Source of the DNA: Opitutales bacterium
Lineage (GTDB): Bacteria > Verrucomicrobiota > Verrucomicrobiia > Opitutales > Seribacteraceae
Direction: 5' to 3'
Assembly: GCA_028042835.1 (NCBI GenBank)
Contig: JAOFOL010000008.1
Span: 674 to 64,673, forward strand
DNA: 64,000 bases
Made by a program: the position numbers and the translations under genes. Below are positions 40,493 through 49,336 of the stretch, piece after piece (position 1 is the first letter of the stretch; every line of letters begins with the position of its first letter). The notes below the pieces were generated by a model. The model did not search any database. It was not told the DNA's origin and saw nothing but the letters and a program-made list of their open reading frames with translations.

Positions 40493-42100
40493 CTAAGGAA
40501 GAACTAAGACACTTGTTCTTTTATTATTCTCGGGGTTTTGATCCTTTTGATTATTTAAAGTTACTTCAGAGTAAATAGCTAATTCACCTTGGCGATTACC
40601 TGCATCAAAGTACAATTTCTCACTTTGGATTTCTCCTTTTGCAAGATTTCCAATCATGAAAATCTTCTCTAAACCTTTATATTTAATTTTCAATTCCATA
40701 CTCTGAATCCATGATGTTCCTTGGTTCTGAACGGTTACTGAAAAAGGCTTGGTTCCCGATGAAGAAAGGTTTTTTGAATCAAAATAATACCCTACTATTG
40801 CAGCATCTACAATACCGGGGGTGTCCCTCTGTTCAAGTCTGCGAATATTAAGCACTCCATTACCGGACCATTGATCGAAGCCAGGCTTTTCGGTCTCGTC
40901 AGCATTCTCATATAAAGAGCTCAATAAACCTGTAGGAGTATAAGACTGAGATCTTGATATTTCAGAAGCAATAGTCCCTGTTACAAAAGCGGCAGCAATG
41001 GATGTCCCACTAAAGTTAACATATTCATCATCTTCCCAGGCAGTAATAACGCCGACGCCGGGGGCAGCTATATCAACCTCTTCTCCATAATTAGAGAAAG
41101 TAGAAACCCGCGACTTAGCATCTACAGATGATACAGCTACTACATCCTTGTGCCTTGCCGGATAAGCAATTTTGGGTGCCCCATCGTTTCCAACAGCAGA
41201 TACAAGTATTACACCTTTTGAATTTGCAACTTGAATGGCATGATCAAGGACAGGGGATGAAGTCATCCCTCCAAGACTCAAGTTTATAACCTGAGATCCT
41301 TCATCTACAGCCATTAATATACCTTTAGCTATTGTGAAGGCGTCACCCTGTCCGTTCTCATCAAGTACCTGAACTGAAAGAATCTCACTGGATGGAGCAA
41401 GACCAAGTAATGATGAAGATTGTCCTGCTATAATTGATGCAATTCCAGTGCCATGACCTAAAGCCCTATTACTATTACTTTGAAGTAAGGAAACCTGGCG
41501 AATGGCCAAACCGTCCAGAGATGGGTGGGATATATCAACACCAGTATCTAAAATTGCTACTTTGACTCCCTGTCCTCTGGATTGACGATCCTCACTTACC
41601 CCTAACCAGGTCATGGAATTAAAGCTAAAGGGAGCTTCAGCTTCAAGTATTCTAGCTTCTGGTAAAGCTGGTGTACTTAATCTAACATTTCTCTCCAGCT
41701 TAAAGGTTCCCTCTATGTCTGACAGTATTTCTGCAAACCGGATAGGATCACTGACTCTTAAACGCATAACTCCGAGTTCTTCAATCGTATCAATGACTGA
41801 AAAACTGGACTCAGTTGGATTCTTTTGAACTTCCATCAGTCCTGTAGGGTCGTCTATCGAAATTAAAATATCATTTAGTTCGGGATATTCAGAGATAGGC
41901 ACTTCCCAATTGGGGTCTAAATTTATATTCGATGATTCATCTTCGAAAAAAACAGGTTTATCTACGATAAATTTGGTCTGTTGACCCAATGACTCATCTT
42001 GCCTCGGTATTTGGCTTTCGTTAGATATAAATAGTGAATCTATTAATAAGAAAAGGCTAAGTAGAATAAAAAACAAAAAAAATTTAAAATAAGCCCTCAT
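40493..42100 (-). CDS. S8 subtilisin-family serine peptidase with C-terminal CARDB-like domain
   Basis: Triad ILDTG / HGT / SGTS; N-terminal signal or anchor; TVQNQG...DQNPENN C-domain. Confidence 0.9.
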   Translation of the reverse strand: MRAYFKFFLFFILLSLFLLIDSLFISNESQIPRQDESLGQQTKFIVDKPVFFEDESSNINLDPNWEVPISEYPELNDILISIDDPTGLMEVQKNPTESSFSVIDTIEELGVMRLRVSDPIRFAEILSDIEGTFKLERNVRLSTPALPEARILEAEAPFSFNSMTWLGVSEDRQSRGQGVKVAILDTGVDISHPSLDGLAIRQVSLLQSNSNRALGHGTGIASIIAGQSSSLLGLAPSSEILSVQVLDENGQGDAFTIAKGILMAVDEGSQVINLSLGGMTSSPVLDHAIQVANSKGVILVSAVGNDGAPKIAYPARHKDVVAVSSVDAKSRVSTFSNYGEEVDIAAPGVGVITAWEDDEYVNFSGTSIAAAFVTGTIASEISRSQSYTPTGLLSSLYENADETEKPGFDQWSGNGVLNIRRLEQRDTPGIVDAAIVGYYFDSKNLSSSGTKPFSVTVQNQGTSWIQSMELKIKYKGLEKIFMIGNLAKGEIQSEKLYFDAGNRQGELAIYSEVTLNNQKDQNPENNKRTSVLVLP

Positions 42101-42107
42101 GATTCAA

Positions 42108-42136
42108 ATTATTTCACTGATTTCCTTCGTTCGCAA
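42108..42136 (-). promoter_or_regulatory. candidate sigma70 promoter
   Basis: TTGCGA-N17-AATAAT-N7-ATG(42100). Confidence 0.5.
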
Positions 42137-42160
42137 ATTGAATTATAAACTATTAGGTTT

Positions 42161-43183
42161 ATGTTATCTGTACTTGTAGTTGGTCACGGTCTCTCTGGTG
42201 CTATCATTGCCCATACATTAACAGACTATGGGTTGGAGGTACATTGTATTGAAGGGAGAGTACCTCATTCAGCAAGCCAAGTTGCTACTGGGTTAATTAA
42301 TCCGTTTATTGGTCCAAAACTAAATACCCCAACAGAAATTGATGAGTGCCTTTTTGCAAACCAAGAGTTCTTCAAGAAATGGGAAGAAATGAGCAACCAA
42401 AAGCTCTATTATAAAGACTCATTAATCAGGGTTTTTAGAACCGAGCAACAATTACTAAAGTGGAGGTTACTCGAAAATGAAGACCTATCGTCGAAATTCG
42501 CCACATCTCTTGCTTCAAAACATGAGATTAAAAATGTAGGACTTACAGCTCCATTCGGAGCAGGAATCACGCTCTCTTACAGATTAGATATACTAGCTTA
42601 TTTAAAACTATCTAAAGAAAGGCTCATTGCCAAAAGTAGATGGACTTCAACTTTATTCGAAGAATCAATGATCAATGAATTTGACATCACCATCTTTGCA
42701 GAAGGTCATAATGTCTCAGCAAACCCATACTTCAACTGGTTACCTTTTGCGCCGGCTCAAGGAGAAATACTCGAATTGGATGGTCCTCGTTTACCTCTAT
42801 GTAGTAACGGAACGTGGTTCCTTCCCCATTCAAGCAAAAATGCCAAGGCAGGCTCAACCTGGAAGCATGAGGATTTAAAATCTGGTCCTACTGACAAAGG
42901 AAAAAAGACTATATACAAGAATCTTAATTTTTTACCGATCGACCAATTTAAACTAGTTAACCATTTGAGCGGAATAAGATCAGGCACTATGGATCGAAGC
43001 CCCATAATCGGAAGGCATCCAAAGATAAGTAAGCTCTACATATTTAATGGTTTTGGATCTAGAGGTTCTACTACAATAAAAATGAATGCCGAACGCCTGG
43101 CAGAATTTATAATCCTTGAGAAACCGCTTAATCAAAATATTGACCTCAATCGATTTAAGAAAAAAATTCGATGCCCTACCTAA
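42161..43183 (+). CDS. FAD-dependent oxidoreductase, DAO/MnmC-oxidase-like
   Basis: VVGHGLSG, AS-x2-A-x-G, QGE, GIR-x4-DR-x-PIIG, NGFGSRG. Confidence 0.88.
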   Translation: MLSVLVVGHGLSGAIIAHTLTDYGLEVHCIEGRVPHSASQVATGLINPFIGPKLNTPTEIDECLFANQEFFKKWEEMSNQKLYYKDSLIRVFRTEQQLLKWRLLENEDLSSKFATSLASKHEIKNVGLTAPFGAGITLSYRLDILAYLKLSKERLIAKSRWTSTLFEESMINEFDITIFAEGHNVSANPYFNWLPFAPAQGEILELDGPRLPLCSNGTWFLPHSSKNAKAGSTWKHEDLKSGPTDKGKKTIYKNLNFLPIDQFKLVNHLSGIRSGTMDRSPIIGRHPKISKLYIFNGFGSRGSTTIKMNAERLAEFIILEKPLNQNIDLNRFKKKIRCPT

Positions 43184-43184
43184 C

Positions 43185-43736
43185 ATGAGACTTGTACAAA
43201 AAGCACACGATTTTATTTCTTGTAGTATTACTAAAGGGTCTACCGTAATTGATATGACATGCGGAAATGGAATTGACACATTATATCTTAGCAATTCCGT
43301 TAAAAAAAGCGGAAAAGTGTTTGCTTTCGATAAACAAGATGAGGCAATCCTGAGAACAAGAAAAATGTTAGAAGAAAGCAAATCTTCAGAAAATGTAGAG
43401 CTTATAAAAGCTTGCCATAGCCAAATCGATAAACACTTACCTTTGGAAATAAAAGGTTTGATAGGTGCGATTACGATAAATCTTGGCTACCTTCCGAATG
43501 GAGACCACTCAGTAATCACAACTGCTTCGACCACAATAACCGCAATAGAGATAGCTTATGAATGGATGCAAGTCGGTGCAAAAATGACTATTATTGTATA
43601 TCGAGGCCACTATGGAGGTGATAAAGAAGCTATGGCAGTAAAAAATTTACTCACTATTAAAGAGTGGCAAGTTACCAAATGCACAGGGCATGAGAAGCCG
43701 GACTCCCCAATCCTTTACATGGTTACAAAGCGGTAA
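43185..43736 (+). CDS. mnmM: MnmM/YtqB-family SAM methyltransferase
   Basis: IDMTCGNGIDT, AFDKQ, NLGYLPNGD-x2-V-x-T, YRGHYGG-x2-E; ATG 1 nt after the oxidase stop. Confidence 0.8.
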   Translation: MRLVQKAHDFISCSITKGSTVIDMTCGNGIDTLYLSNSVKKSGKVFAFDKQDEAILRTRKMLEESKSSENVELIKACHSQIDKHLPLEIKGLIGAITINLGYLPNGDHSVITTASTTITAIEIAYEWMQVGAKMTIIVYRGHYGGDKEAMAVKNLLTIKEWQVTKCTGHEKPDSPILYMVTKR

Positions 43737-44922
43737 AAGGAGAAATCAAATCCACTTCTTTTTCGTAATCAACTCCATCAATACCAAAACCAAATAATTT
43801 AAGAAATTCCTTCTGATATTCATCAAAATTCGTTCTCTCCCTTAGATTATCCGAGGTAATTTCACCCCAAGAATCAATAATCTCACTTTGCACAATTGGA
43901 TCCATTTCCCAATCATCAAGACGAATCCGACCACTTTCATCGACATCGACAACACCTTTTTCATGGTAGAGCCTATCATTGAAAAGCCTAATAATTTGCT
44001 CAATACATCCCTCATGAGTTCCCTTCTGGTGCATAATCTTAAAAAGTAAAGAAACATAAAGAGGCACTACTGGTATTGCTGAACTAGCTTGCGTGACTAC
44101 AGCCTTATTCACGGAAACGAATGCCCTCCCCTCACAATTATCCCTCATTATCTCGTTTATTGAATGTCCAGTTTTCTCAAGGTGTTCTTTGGCCATTCCG
44201 ATTGTGCCATGCCTGTATATTGGCTGCGTAACTTCTGGACCAATATAAGAATAAGCAATATTGGTGCAGCCGGTAGCCAAAAGATTTTCTTTCAATAAAA
44301 GTTCTGTCCACAACATCCAGTCATCACCTCCCATTACCTTCTGAGTACTTTCAATATCATCCGGAGTGGCAGGTTCTAAGACAACCTCCTTTATTTCGCC
44401 TTTATCTGTGTCCAATGTTTTGTTCTTATATACTGCACCTATAGGCTTAAGGCAGGCTCTGTAAGTCTTGCCATCTTTCGGGTCGGTTCTTCTCGGCGAT
44501 GCTAAGCTGTAAATCACGAGATCAAAAGCTCCACCAAATTCTTTAGCTTTTTCAATGACAGCTGTCTTACATTCCTCAGAAAAAGCATCTCCATTAATAT
44601 CCGCATGCTTCGTGGATAAATCTTTGGTTAATTCATTAAATGCCATTGAATTATAAAAACCAGCACTCGCAGGTTTTTCTTCTTTGGGCGGTCTTTCGAA
44701 ATAAACGCCTAGTGTATCTGCATTTGCGGAAAACGCGGAAGCGATTCTACTGGAAAGCCCGTATCCTGTTGATGCACCTATCACTAATACACGCTTAGGT
44801 TTGTCTACAATGCTTACTTGATTACTGACCGCTAAATCCGCCTGCTCCTTGACCGATGATAAGCATCCCATTGGATGAGAGGTTATACAGACAAATCCTT
44901 TAATTCTTGGTTTAACTATCAT
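43723..44922 (-). CDS. fabV: enoyl-ACP reductase FabV
   Basis: HPMGC, GASTGYGL, YSLASPRR, VMGGDDW, TQASSAIP. Confidence 0.96.
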   Translation of the reverse strand: MIVKPRIKGFVCITSHPMGCLSSVKEQADLAVSNQVSIVDKPKRVLVIGASTGYGLSSRIASAFSANADTLGVYFERPPKEEKPASAGFYNSMAFNELTKDLSTKHADINGDAFSEECKTAVIEKAKEFGGAFDLVIYSLASPRRTDPKDGKTYRACLKPIGAVYKNKTLDTDKGEIKEVVLEPATPDDIESTQKVMGGDDWMLWTELLLKENLLATGCTNIAYSYIGPEVTQPIYRHGTIGMAKEHLEKTGHSINEIMRDNCEGRAFVSVNKAVVTQASSAIPVVPLYVSLLFKIMHQKGTHEGCIEQIIRLFNDRLYHEKGVVDVDESGRIRLDDWEMDPIVQSEIIDSWGEITSDNLRERTNFDEYQKEFLKLFGFGIDGVDYEKEVDLISPFTAL

Positions 44923-45008
44923 ATTGAAAAAATTTAAAATTTAGTATGTTCATATCATTAGTCACATCCAATCTAAATACTTAATTATTATCATCTTTCC
45001 GTAAAACA

Positions 45009-45371
45009 GTGAACTTAAACGAAAGAAAACTAATTGCAGACTTCACGGGTTTGCCACTTGAAGGGGATCCAAGAAAAAATCGTCCACCCGCAACCATGGA
45101 GGATATTGTAGAAAAGATATGGGGAACATGGAAAATAGGTGCAGAAAGCAGCCCTGAGCAAATTATATCTGAAAACTGGGGCAAAATTGTTGGACACGGA
45201 TTTGCCAACAAATGTGCCCCAGAAAAACTAGATGTAACTCGAGGTGTATTAATTATTAAAACTTCAGGCGGAGCAATTAAACAGGAGCTCGCATTTAAAA
45301 GAAAATCAATTCTTAAGAAGATTTGCCAACTAGATTCAACATGGAAAATCAAAGATATTCGCATCCATTAA
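45009..45371 (+). CDS. dciA: DUF721/DciA helicase-loader family protein
   Basis: W-x2-IVG-x2-FA-x2-C-x-P-x6-L-x-I...QEL-x-F-x4-IL. Confidence 0.75.
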   Translation: MNLNERKLIADFTGLPLEGDPRKNRPPATMEDIVEKIWGTWKIGAESSPEQIISENWGKIVGHGFANKCAPEKLDVTRGVLIIKTSGGAIKQELAFKRKSILKKICQLDSTWKIKDIRIH

Positions 45372-46819
45372 GACTCATGGAGATGCTCAACAATCTTATA
45401 TGATCGAGAAACAAATATGAATGCAATGGCGGTAACTACGATTAATACAGTCCAAAAACAAAATTCCTGAATTTCATTCATTATCGAAGTCCCATCCTCC
45501 TGAATCAAGAGGAATTTCACTTGTGAAGTTAAGAAATTCCCGAATGATACCGTCAGTAGGAAAAAGCCCATGACCAAAGACTTCATTCTCCTTGGTGCTT
45601 GCGTGTAGGCGAACTCAAGGCAGGTTACAGAGATCAATACCTCAGAAGCCGTCAGGAAAAAACAGGCAAGTATTTGCCACCCAACGGATAAGCTAATCTC
45701 ACTATCGACAAAATATTGTATTACGGTGACTATACAAAAAGCAAAAGCCATTACCCAGAAACCAATGGACATTTTCCGTAGTGGAGTTAAGTCCAGAATC
45801 TTTCCGGTCATCGGATAAATAAAAATCGAGAATACTGGTATTAATATTAGTATAAAAATAGGATTCCATACCGCAGCAACCTGAGAGGCTAACATCTCAC
45901 CCCCTGCAAAAAAAGGCACCCAATCTGGAATGGTTCGGTCTAAACTTCGAGCTTGAATTTGCCATGAAGTTCCAATCTGGTCAAATAATGCCCAGAACAT
46001 GATTACGAAAGAAAAGATAATGCTTAGTCGAAAAATTGGCTTAAGGTTTTCAAAAGTAAAAGTTTCGGTGAAATACTTCCCTCCTTGGGGAGGAATATGA
46101 GCAAAATCTTTTCGGCCCAGCCAAAAAATAAATGTAGCAACTCCCATCAGTAAACCTGGTAAACCAAAAGCATAGTGAGGACCAAAAATAATTTCACCCT
46201 CATTCCTAAAACCAATCAATGGTTCTATATTTAAGAAAACTGCTCCCCCAAATGTACCCGGTAGATTTCTTGCTTCCAATAGGAACGGAGTGAGTAGTCC
46301 TGAAAGAAATGCACCAAGATTAATGGAGAAATAAAACCAACCAAAAACCTTTGATAAAAGAGACTTATTCTGAACAGAAAATTGATCACCTACATGCGAT
46401 GAAACGCACGGTTTAATCCCTCCTGAACCAACAGCAATGAGAATTAAACCTCCAAGTAACCACAGTTTAGTATCCCCCATAAATCCCATGAAAGCCAGGC
46501 ATCCGTGTCCCAAGCAGTAGACAATCGACAAATAAATAATCGTTTTATACTTCCCTAGATAAGCATCAGCTAAAATTCCTCCTAGTATAGGAAAAAAATA
46601 TGCAGAAGCCATGAATAGGTGATTCAAAGCTTCGGCTTCTTTGACTGAAAAAATATCTAAGGTGCCATCAGGTTGAGTCAGGTAAGAAGTCATGAAGACC
46701 AAAAGAATACTTTTCATCCCATAGAATGAAAACCTCTCGGCGGCTTCATTACCAACAATGAAAGGCAAACCTGGGGGCAGTGTCTCAGTATCTAAAGGTT
46801 TCTGGCGATATAGACTCAC
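45368..46819 (-). CDS. POT/PTR proton-dependent oligopeptide transporter
   Basis: NEAAERFSFYGM, GGIKPCVS-x3-GDQF, FYFSINLG, LEFAYTQAP. Confidence 0.94.
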   Translation of the reverse strand: MSLYRQKPLDTETLPPGLPFIVGNEAAERFSFYGMKSILLVFMTSYLTQPDGTLDIFSVKEAEALNHLFMASAYFFPILGGILADAYLGKYKTIIYLSIVYCLGHGCLAFMGFMGDTKLWLLGGLILIAVGSGGIKPCVSSHVGDQFSVQNKSLLSKVFGWFYFSINLGAFLSGLLTPFLLEARNLPGTFGGAVFLNIEPLIGFRNEGEIIFGPHYAFGLPGLLMGVATFIFWLGRKDFAHIPPQGGKYFTETFTFENLKPIFRLSIIFSFVIMFWALFDQIGTSWQIQARSLDRTIPDWVPFFAGGEMLASQVAAVWNPIFILILIPVFSIFIYPMTGKILDLTPLRKMSIGFWVMAFAFCIVTVIQYFVDSEISLSVGWQILACFFLTASEVLISVTCLEFAYTQAPRRMKSLVMGFFLLTVSFGNFLTSQVKFLLIQEDGTSIMNEIQEFCFWTVLIVVTAIAFIFVSRSYKIVEHLHES

Positions 46820-46823
46820 TCAA

Positions 46824-47117
46824 TTAATTCCTTTCTATAATTCGTAATGCTTTCCTTCTTTCTAATTCAGAATCTAAATCAGTCATAATTTCCTGCTTTG
46901 CAGCAGGGTTCTCTACAACGGCAGAAGAATCAGCTTTTTTTTCAAAGGATTTGCTGATCATCAAAGATTTCAAAAGACCAAAACTATTTAACCCAAAAAT
47001 TATAAAATAATGAATAACTATTAGAAAGTAACTGGCACTCAATATTTCAAGCACTACAATTGAAGAAATCAAAGTAAGGTTTATGCCAAAAAGTAGCAAA
47101 AGTGTATTTCTTGTCAT
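46824..47117 (-). CDS. small two-TM hypothetical protein
   Basis: Two hydrophobic helices and a charged tail; 4 nt from the POT start. Confidence 0.6.
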   Translation of the reverse strand: MTRNTLLLLFGINLTLISSIVVLEILSASYFLIVIHYFIIFGLNSFGLLKSLMISKSFEKKADSSAVVENPAAKQEIMTDLDSELERRKALRIIERN

Positions 47118-47195
47118 ATCCTTTGAGTCGAATGGTAATTAGAAAAATATTCTAATGATCTTGCATAGAATCTCTTTTTCTAAAAGAAACATTCA

Positions 47196-47975
47196 ATGAA
47201 GTTTAAACTTATCATAATTTCAGTATATATAATCTTATTGTGCTCATGTGAGCAACTTAAAGAATTTAATTCACCTAAGTCTGAGAATAATGAGTCTTCC
47301 AATGTACCAGCCTCTGTTCCTGGGAATGATAAACCATCTCGAAAAGTGGATGAAGTAGATTCTTCAATCAGTAAAAATGAACCCCCGGTTATAAAAACTA
47401 TAGTTTCTGCACCTCCTCCCGAAAAGCCTGAGTCATCAATAATTAAAACTAAAGTAAAACCGGAGCAACCCGAGTTTAGTCCAGAATTATTATCCGCAGT
47501 AAAAAACTGGCAACTCATTCCTAAATCCGTATTTCCGTTATCAGCGGTAACCATAAACCAACCTATCGAATTTGTTGCTAAAACTCAGAGTGGACAGATT
47601 ATTGCAACAGCTTTAAAGAAACCGGGCGATGAAGTTGTTGCAGTAGGTTCATCAGGGAAATACCTAAGTGTTGCACCAAGTTTAAAGACAAAGATGCGCG
47701 GGCAAATACTTCTTGAGCAAACTGACTTCAAACAAGGAGTTGCTTACCTTTTCGAATTACGAAAAAAACAAAGAGAGGACTACGAAAGGAAAAAAGCTGA
47801 ACTTGCTGAACTTGGAAATTCCAGCGATGACTCTCTTTCCCGGGAAACAAGTACTCAAGAGCAAGCATCTTTATTTGAAGACTTGCCTATCCCAGGAGAT
47901 TTCGGCCATGGGAAATTTTGTATTTGCAAAGATTGTCGCGATAAAAGATTGGCAGCAACAGGATCAATGAAATAA
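47196..47975 (+). CDS. putative lipoprotein with C-terminal His/Cys motif
   Basis: Lipobox LCSC, Ser/Pro linker, HGKFCICKDC near the C-terminus. Confidence 0.7.
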   Translation: MKFKLIIISVYIILLCSCEQLKEFNSPKSENNESSNVPASVPGNDKPSRKVDEVDSSISKNEPPVIKTIVSAPPPEKPESSIIKTKVKPEQPEFSPELLSAVKNWQLIPKSVFPLSAVTINQPIEFVAKTQSGQIIATALKKPGDEVVAVGSSGKYLSVAPSLKTKMRGQILLEQTDFKQGVAYLFELRKKQREDYERKKAELAELGNSSDDSLSRETSTQEQASLFEDLPIPGDFGHGKFCICKDCRDKRLAATGSMK

Positions 47976-47993
47976 TTATAACTTTCCCCTATT

Positions 47994-48572
47994 ATGAAGA
48001 ATGGAATAAAGAAAAAGAATATTCGCGAAGTTGAAATTGGCGATCATGTTAAACAAACAATCGCTACCGGCGGTAAGAAAAAATGTGGCGAAGTATTAAT
48101 GATACTTCAGGATAACCCTGGAGATCCAACATTAGAATGTGCTGAAGTAAATCCCGACGACCTCACACCTCTTGAAAAAGGATCTGAAGGCATAAGGACA
48201 TTCAAATCAAAGCGTTCTAAGCTTAAAATGTATACCCCCCGCAAGAAACTTTTTACCAAAAAGACTTTTGAAAAAGGAGATGTAGTACAAAGCAAAAGAG
48301 GAGGTACAGTTAGGTTTGGCAGGATTGTATGCTTTGTCCACCCTGATGGATTATATTCCACTTCTCACGAAGAAGGATATAATGGAAAAGATCTTCTTGA
48401 ATGTGTTGAAATTGAAAAGAAACCTGGACTTATGCAAAAAATGGATTCCGATGGTGAACCCAAACGATTCCAGGCACAGGGAAAAGATTGTAAAATCATG
48501 AAGGTTATAACGACAGACTCAAAAGGTGAACCTACAACAATGCACCGTTTAGACATTCCGGCAGAAGATTAA
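47994..48572 (+). CDS. hypothetical protein with two SH3/KOW-like repeats
   Basis: GD-x-V...G...G-x-(V/I)...LEC-x-E occurs twice. Confidence 0.65.
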   Translation: MKNGIKKKNIREVEIGDHVKQTIATGGKKKCGEVLMILQDNPGDPTLECAEVNPDDLTPLEKGSEGIRTFKSKRSKLKMYTPRKKLFTKKTFEKGDVVQSKRGGTVRFGRIVCFVHPDGLYSTSHEEGYNGKDLLECVEIEKKPGLMQKMDSDGEPKRFQAQGKDCKIMKVITTDSKGEPTTMHRLDIPAED

Positions 48573-48811
48573 TATTCACTGAGAAAATATCTATCCATAT
48601 CAAATTTTCGCAATCTAACAATATTACTTTTACTACATTTGTAAGCATCAAACTTAACATTTCCCCGTTGCCGATCACTCCCTTCAAAAGTTATTCTAAT
48701 TTTACCATTCTCCCAACGAGTCATGCACCACTTTAATTTGTAAGCGGATGTTAAATAATCGATGGTCTCCGACCTATTAAGGTAGTATTCGTCTTTAATT
48801 TTACGCACCAT
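48569..48811 (-). CDS. small hypothetical protein, Xis/HTH_17-like
   Basis: Start moved to ATG 48811, downstream of the terminator; YLNRSETIDYL...VRLRKFDMDRYF. Confidence 0.55.
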   Translation of the reverse strand: MVRKIKDEYYLNRSETIDYLTSAYKLKWCMTRWENGKIRITFEGSDRQRGNVKFDAYKCSKSNIVRLRKFDMDRYFLSEY

Positions 48812-48818
48812 TGACAAT

Positions 48819-48845
48819 AAAAAAGGTCGCAATGTGCGACCTTTT
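48819..48845 (-). terminator. Rho-independent terminator after the HTH gene
   Basis: AAAAGGTCGCA-ATG-TGCGACCTTTT with a U6 tract on the minus strand. Confidence 0.8.
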
Positions 48846-48870
48846 ATAAATACATATTTTTTATAATTTA

Positions 48871-49272
48871 CTAAGAATCGTAATCGCCTTTTTTAATTTT
48901 TTGGCAAGTAGCTGTTGAAACCCCGATTAACTCTGCTGTTTCGGCAAGAGTTTTCCCTTGAGCTAGTAGATCCTTTGCAGAATTGATCACCTCAATAGTG
49001 ACACGCCCTCTTTTGCTCTCTATACCAAATCTGTTATAGAATGCTGATTTAGCTACAGGAGGGAGGCCATTAATATAGCATTCCAAATAATCAACTACAC
49101 CTCGAAAAACTTTCCTTCCATCCTCGCGTCTATGCCTTTCATGATCTTTTTTAATAAGTTCATATAGGGCAACTTGATCAGTCTTTGTTGTTTTTTTTGC
49201 CTCAATTTGTTTTTCGATTTTACGTTTCAAACGTTCTAAATCTTTTAATGAATGATTATCGTTAATTTCCAT
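48871..49272 (-). CDS. small basic DNA-binding protein (N-terminal coiled coil, C-terminal HTH)
   Basis: SLKDLERLKRKIEKQIEAKK; LLAQGKTLAETAELIGVSTATCQKIKK. Confidence 0.75.
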   Translation of the reverse strand: MEINDNHSLKDLERLKRKIEKQIEAKKTTKTDQVALYELIKKDHERHRREDGRKVFRGVVDYLECYINGLPPVAKSAFYNRFGIESKRGRVTIEVINSAKDLLAQGKTLAETAELIGVSTATCQKIKKGDYDS

Positions 49273-49336
49273 AATATTTGAATATATATATATTAACTAG
49301 TGAAATAAAAAATTATTGTAAAGTAATAATATTAAA

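Noticed and set aside
40960-41010. S8 motif GTSIAAA instead of GTSMAAP, suggesting an inactive protease
   Set aside because: Catalytic Asp, His, Ser and the oxyanion Asn (AVGND) are all retained.
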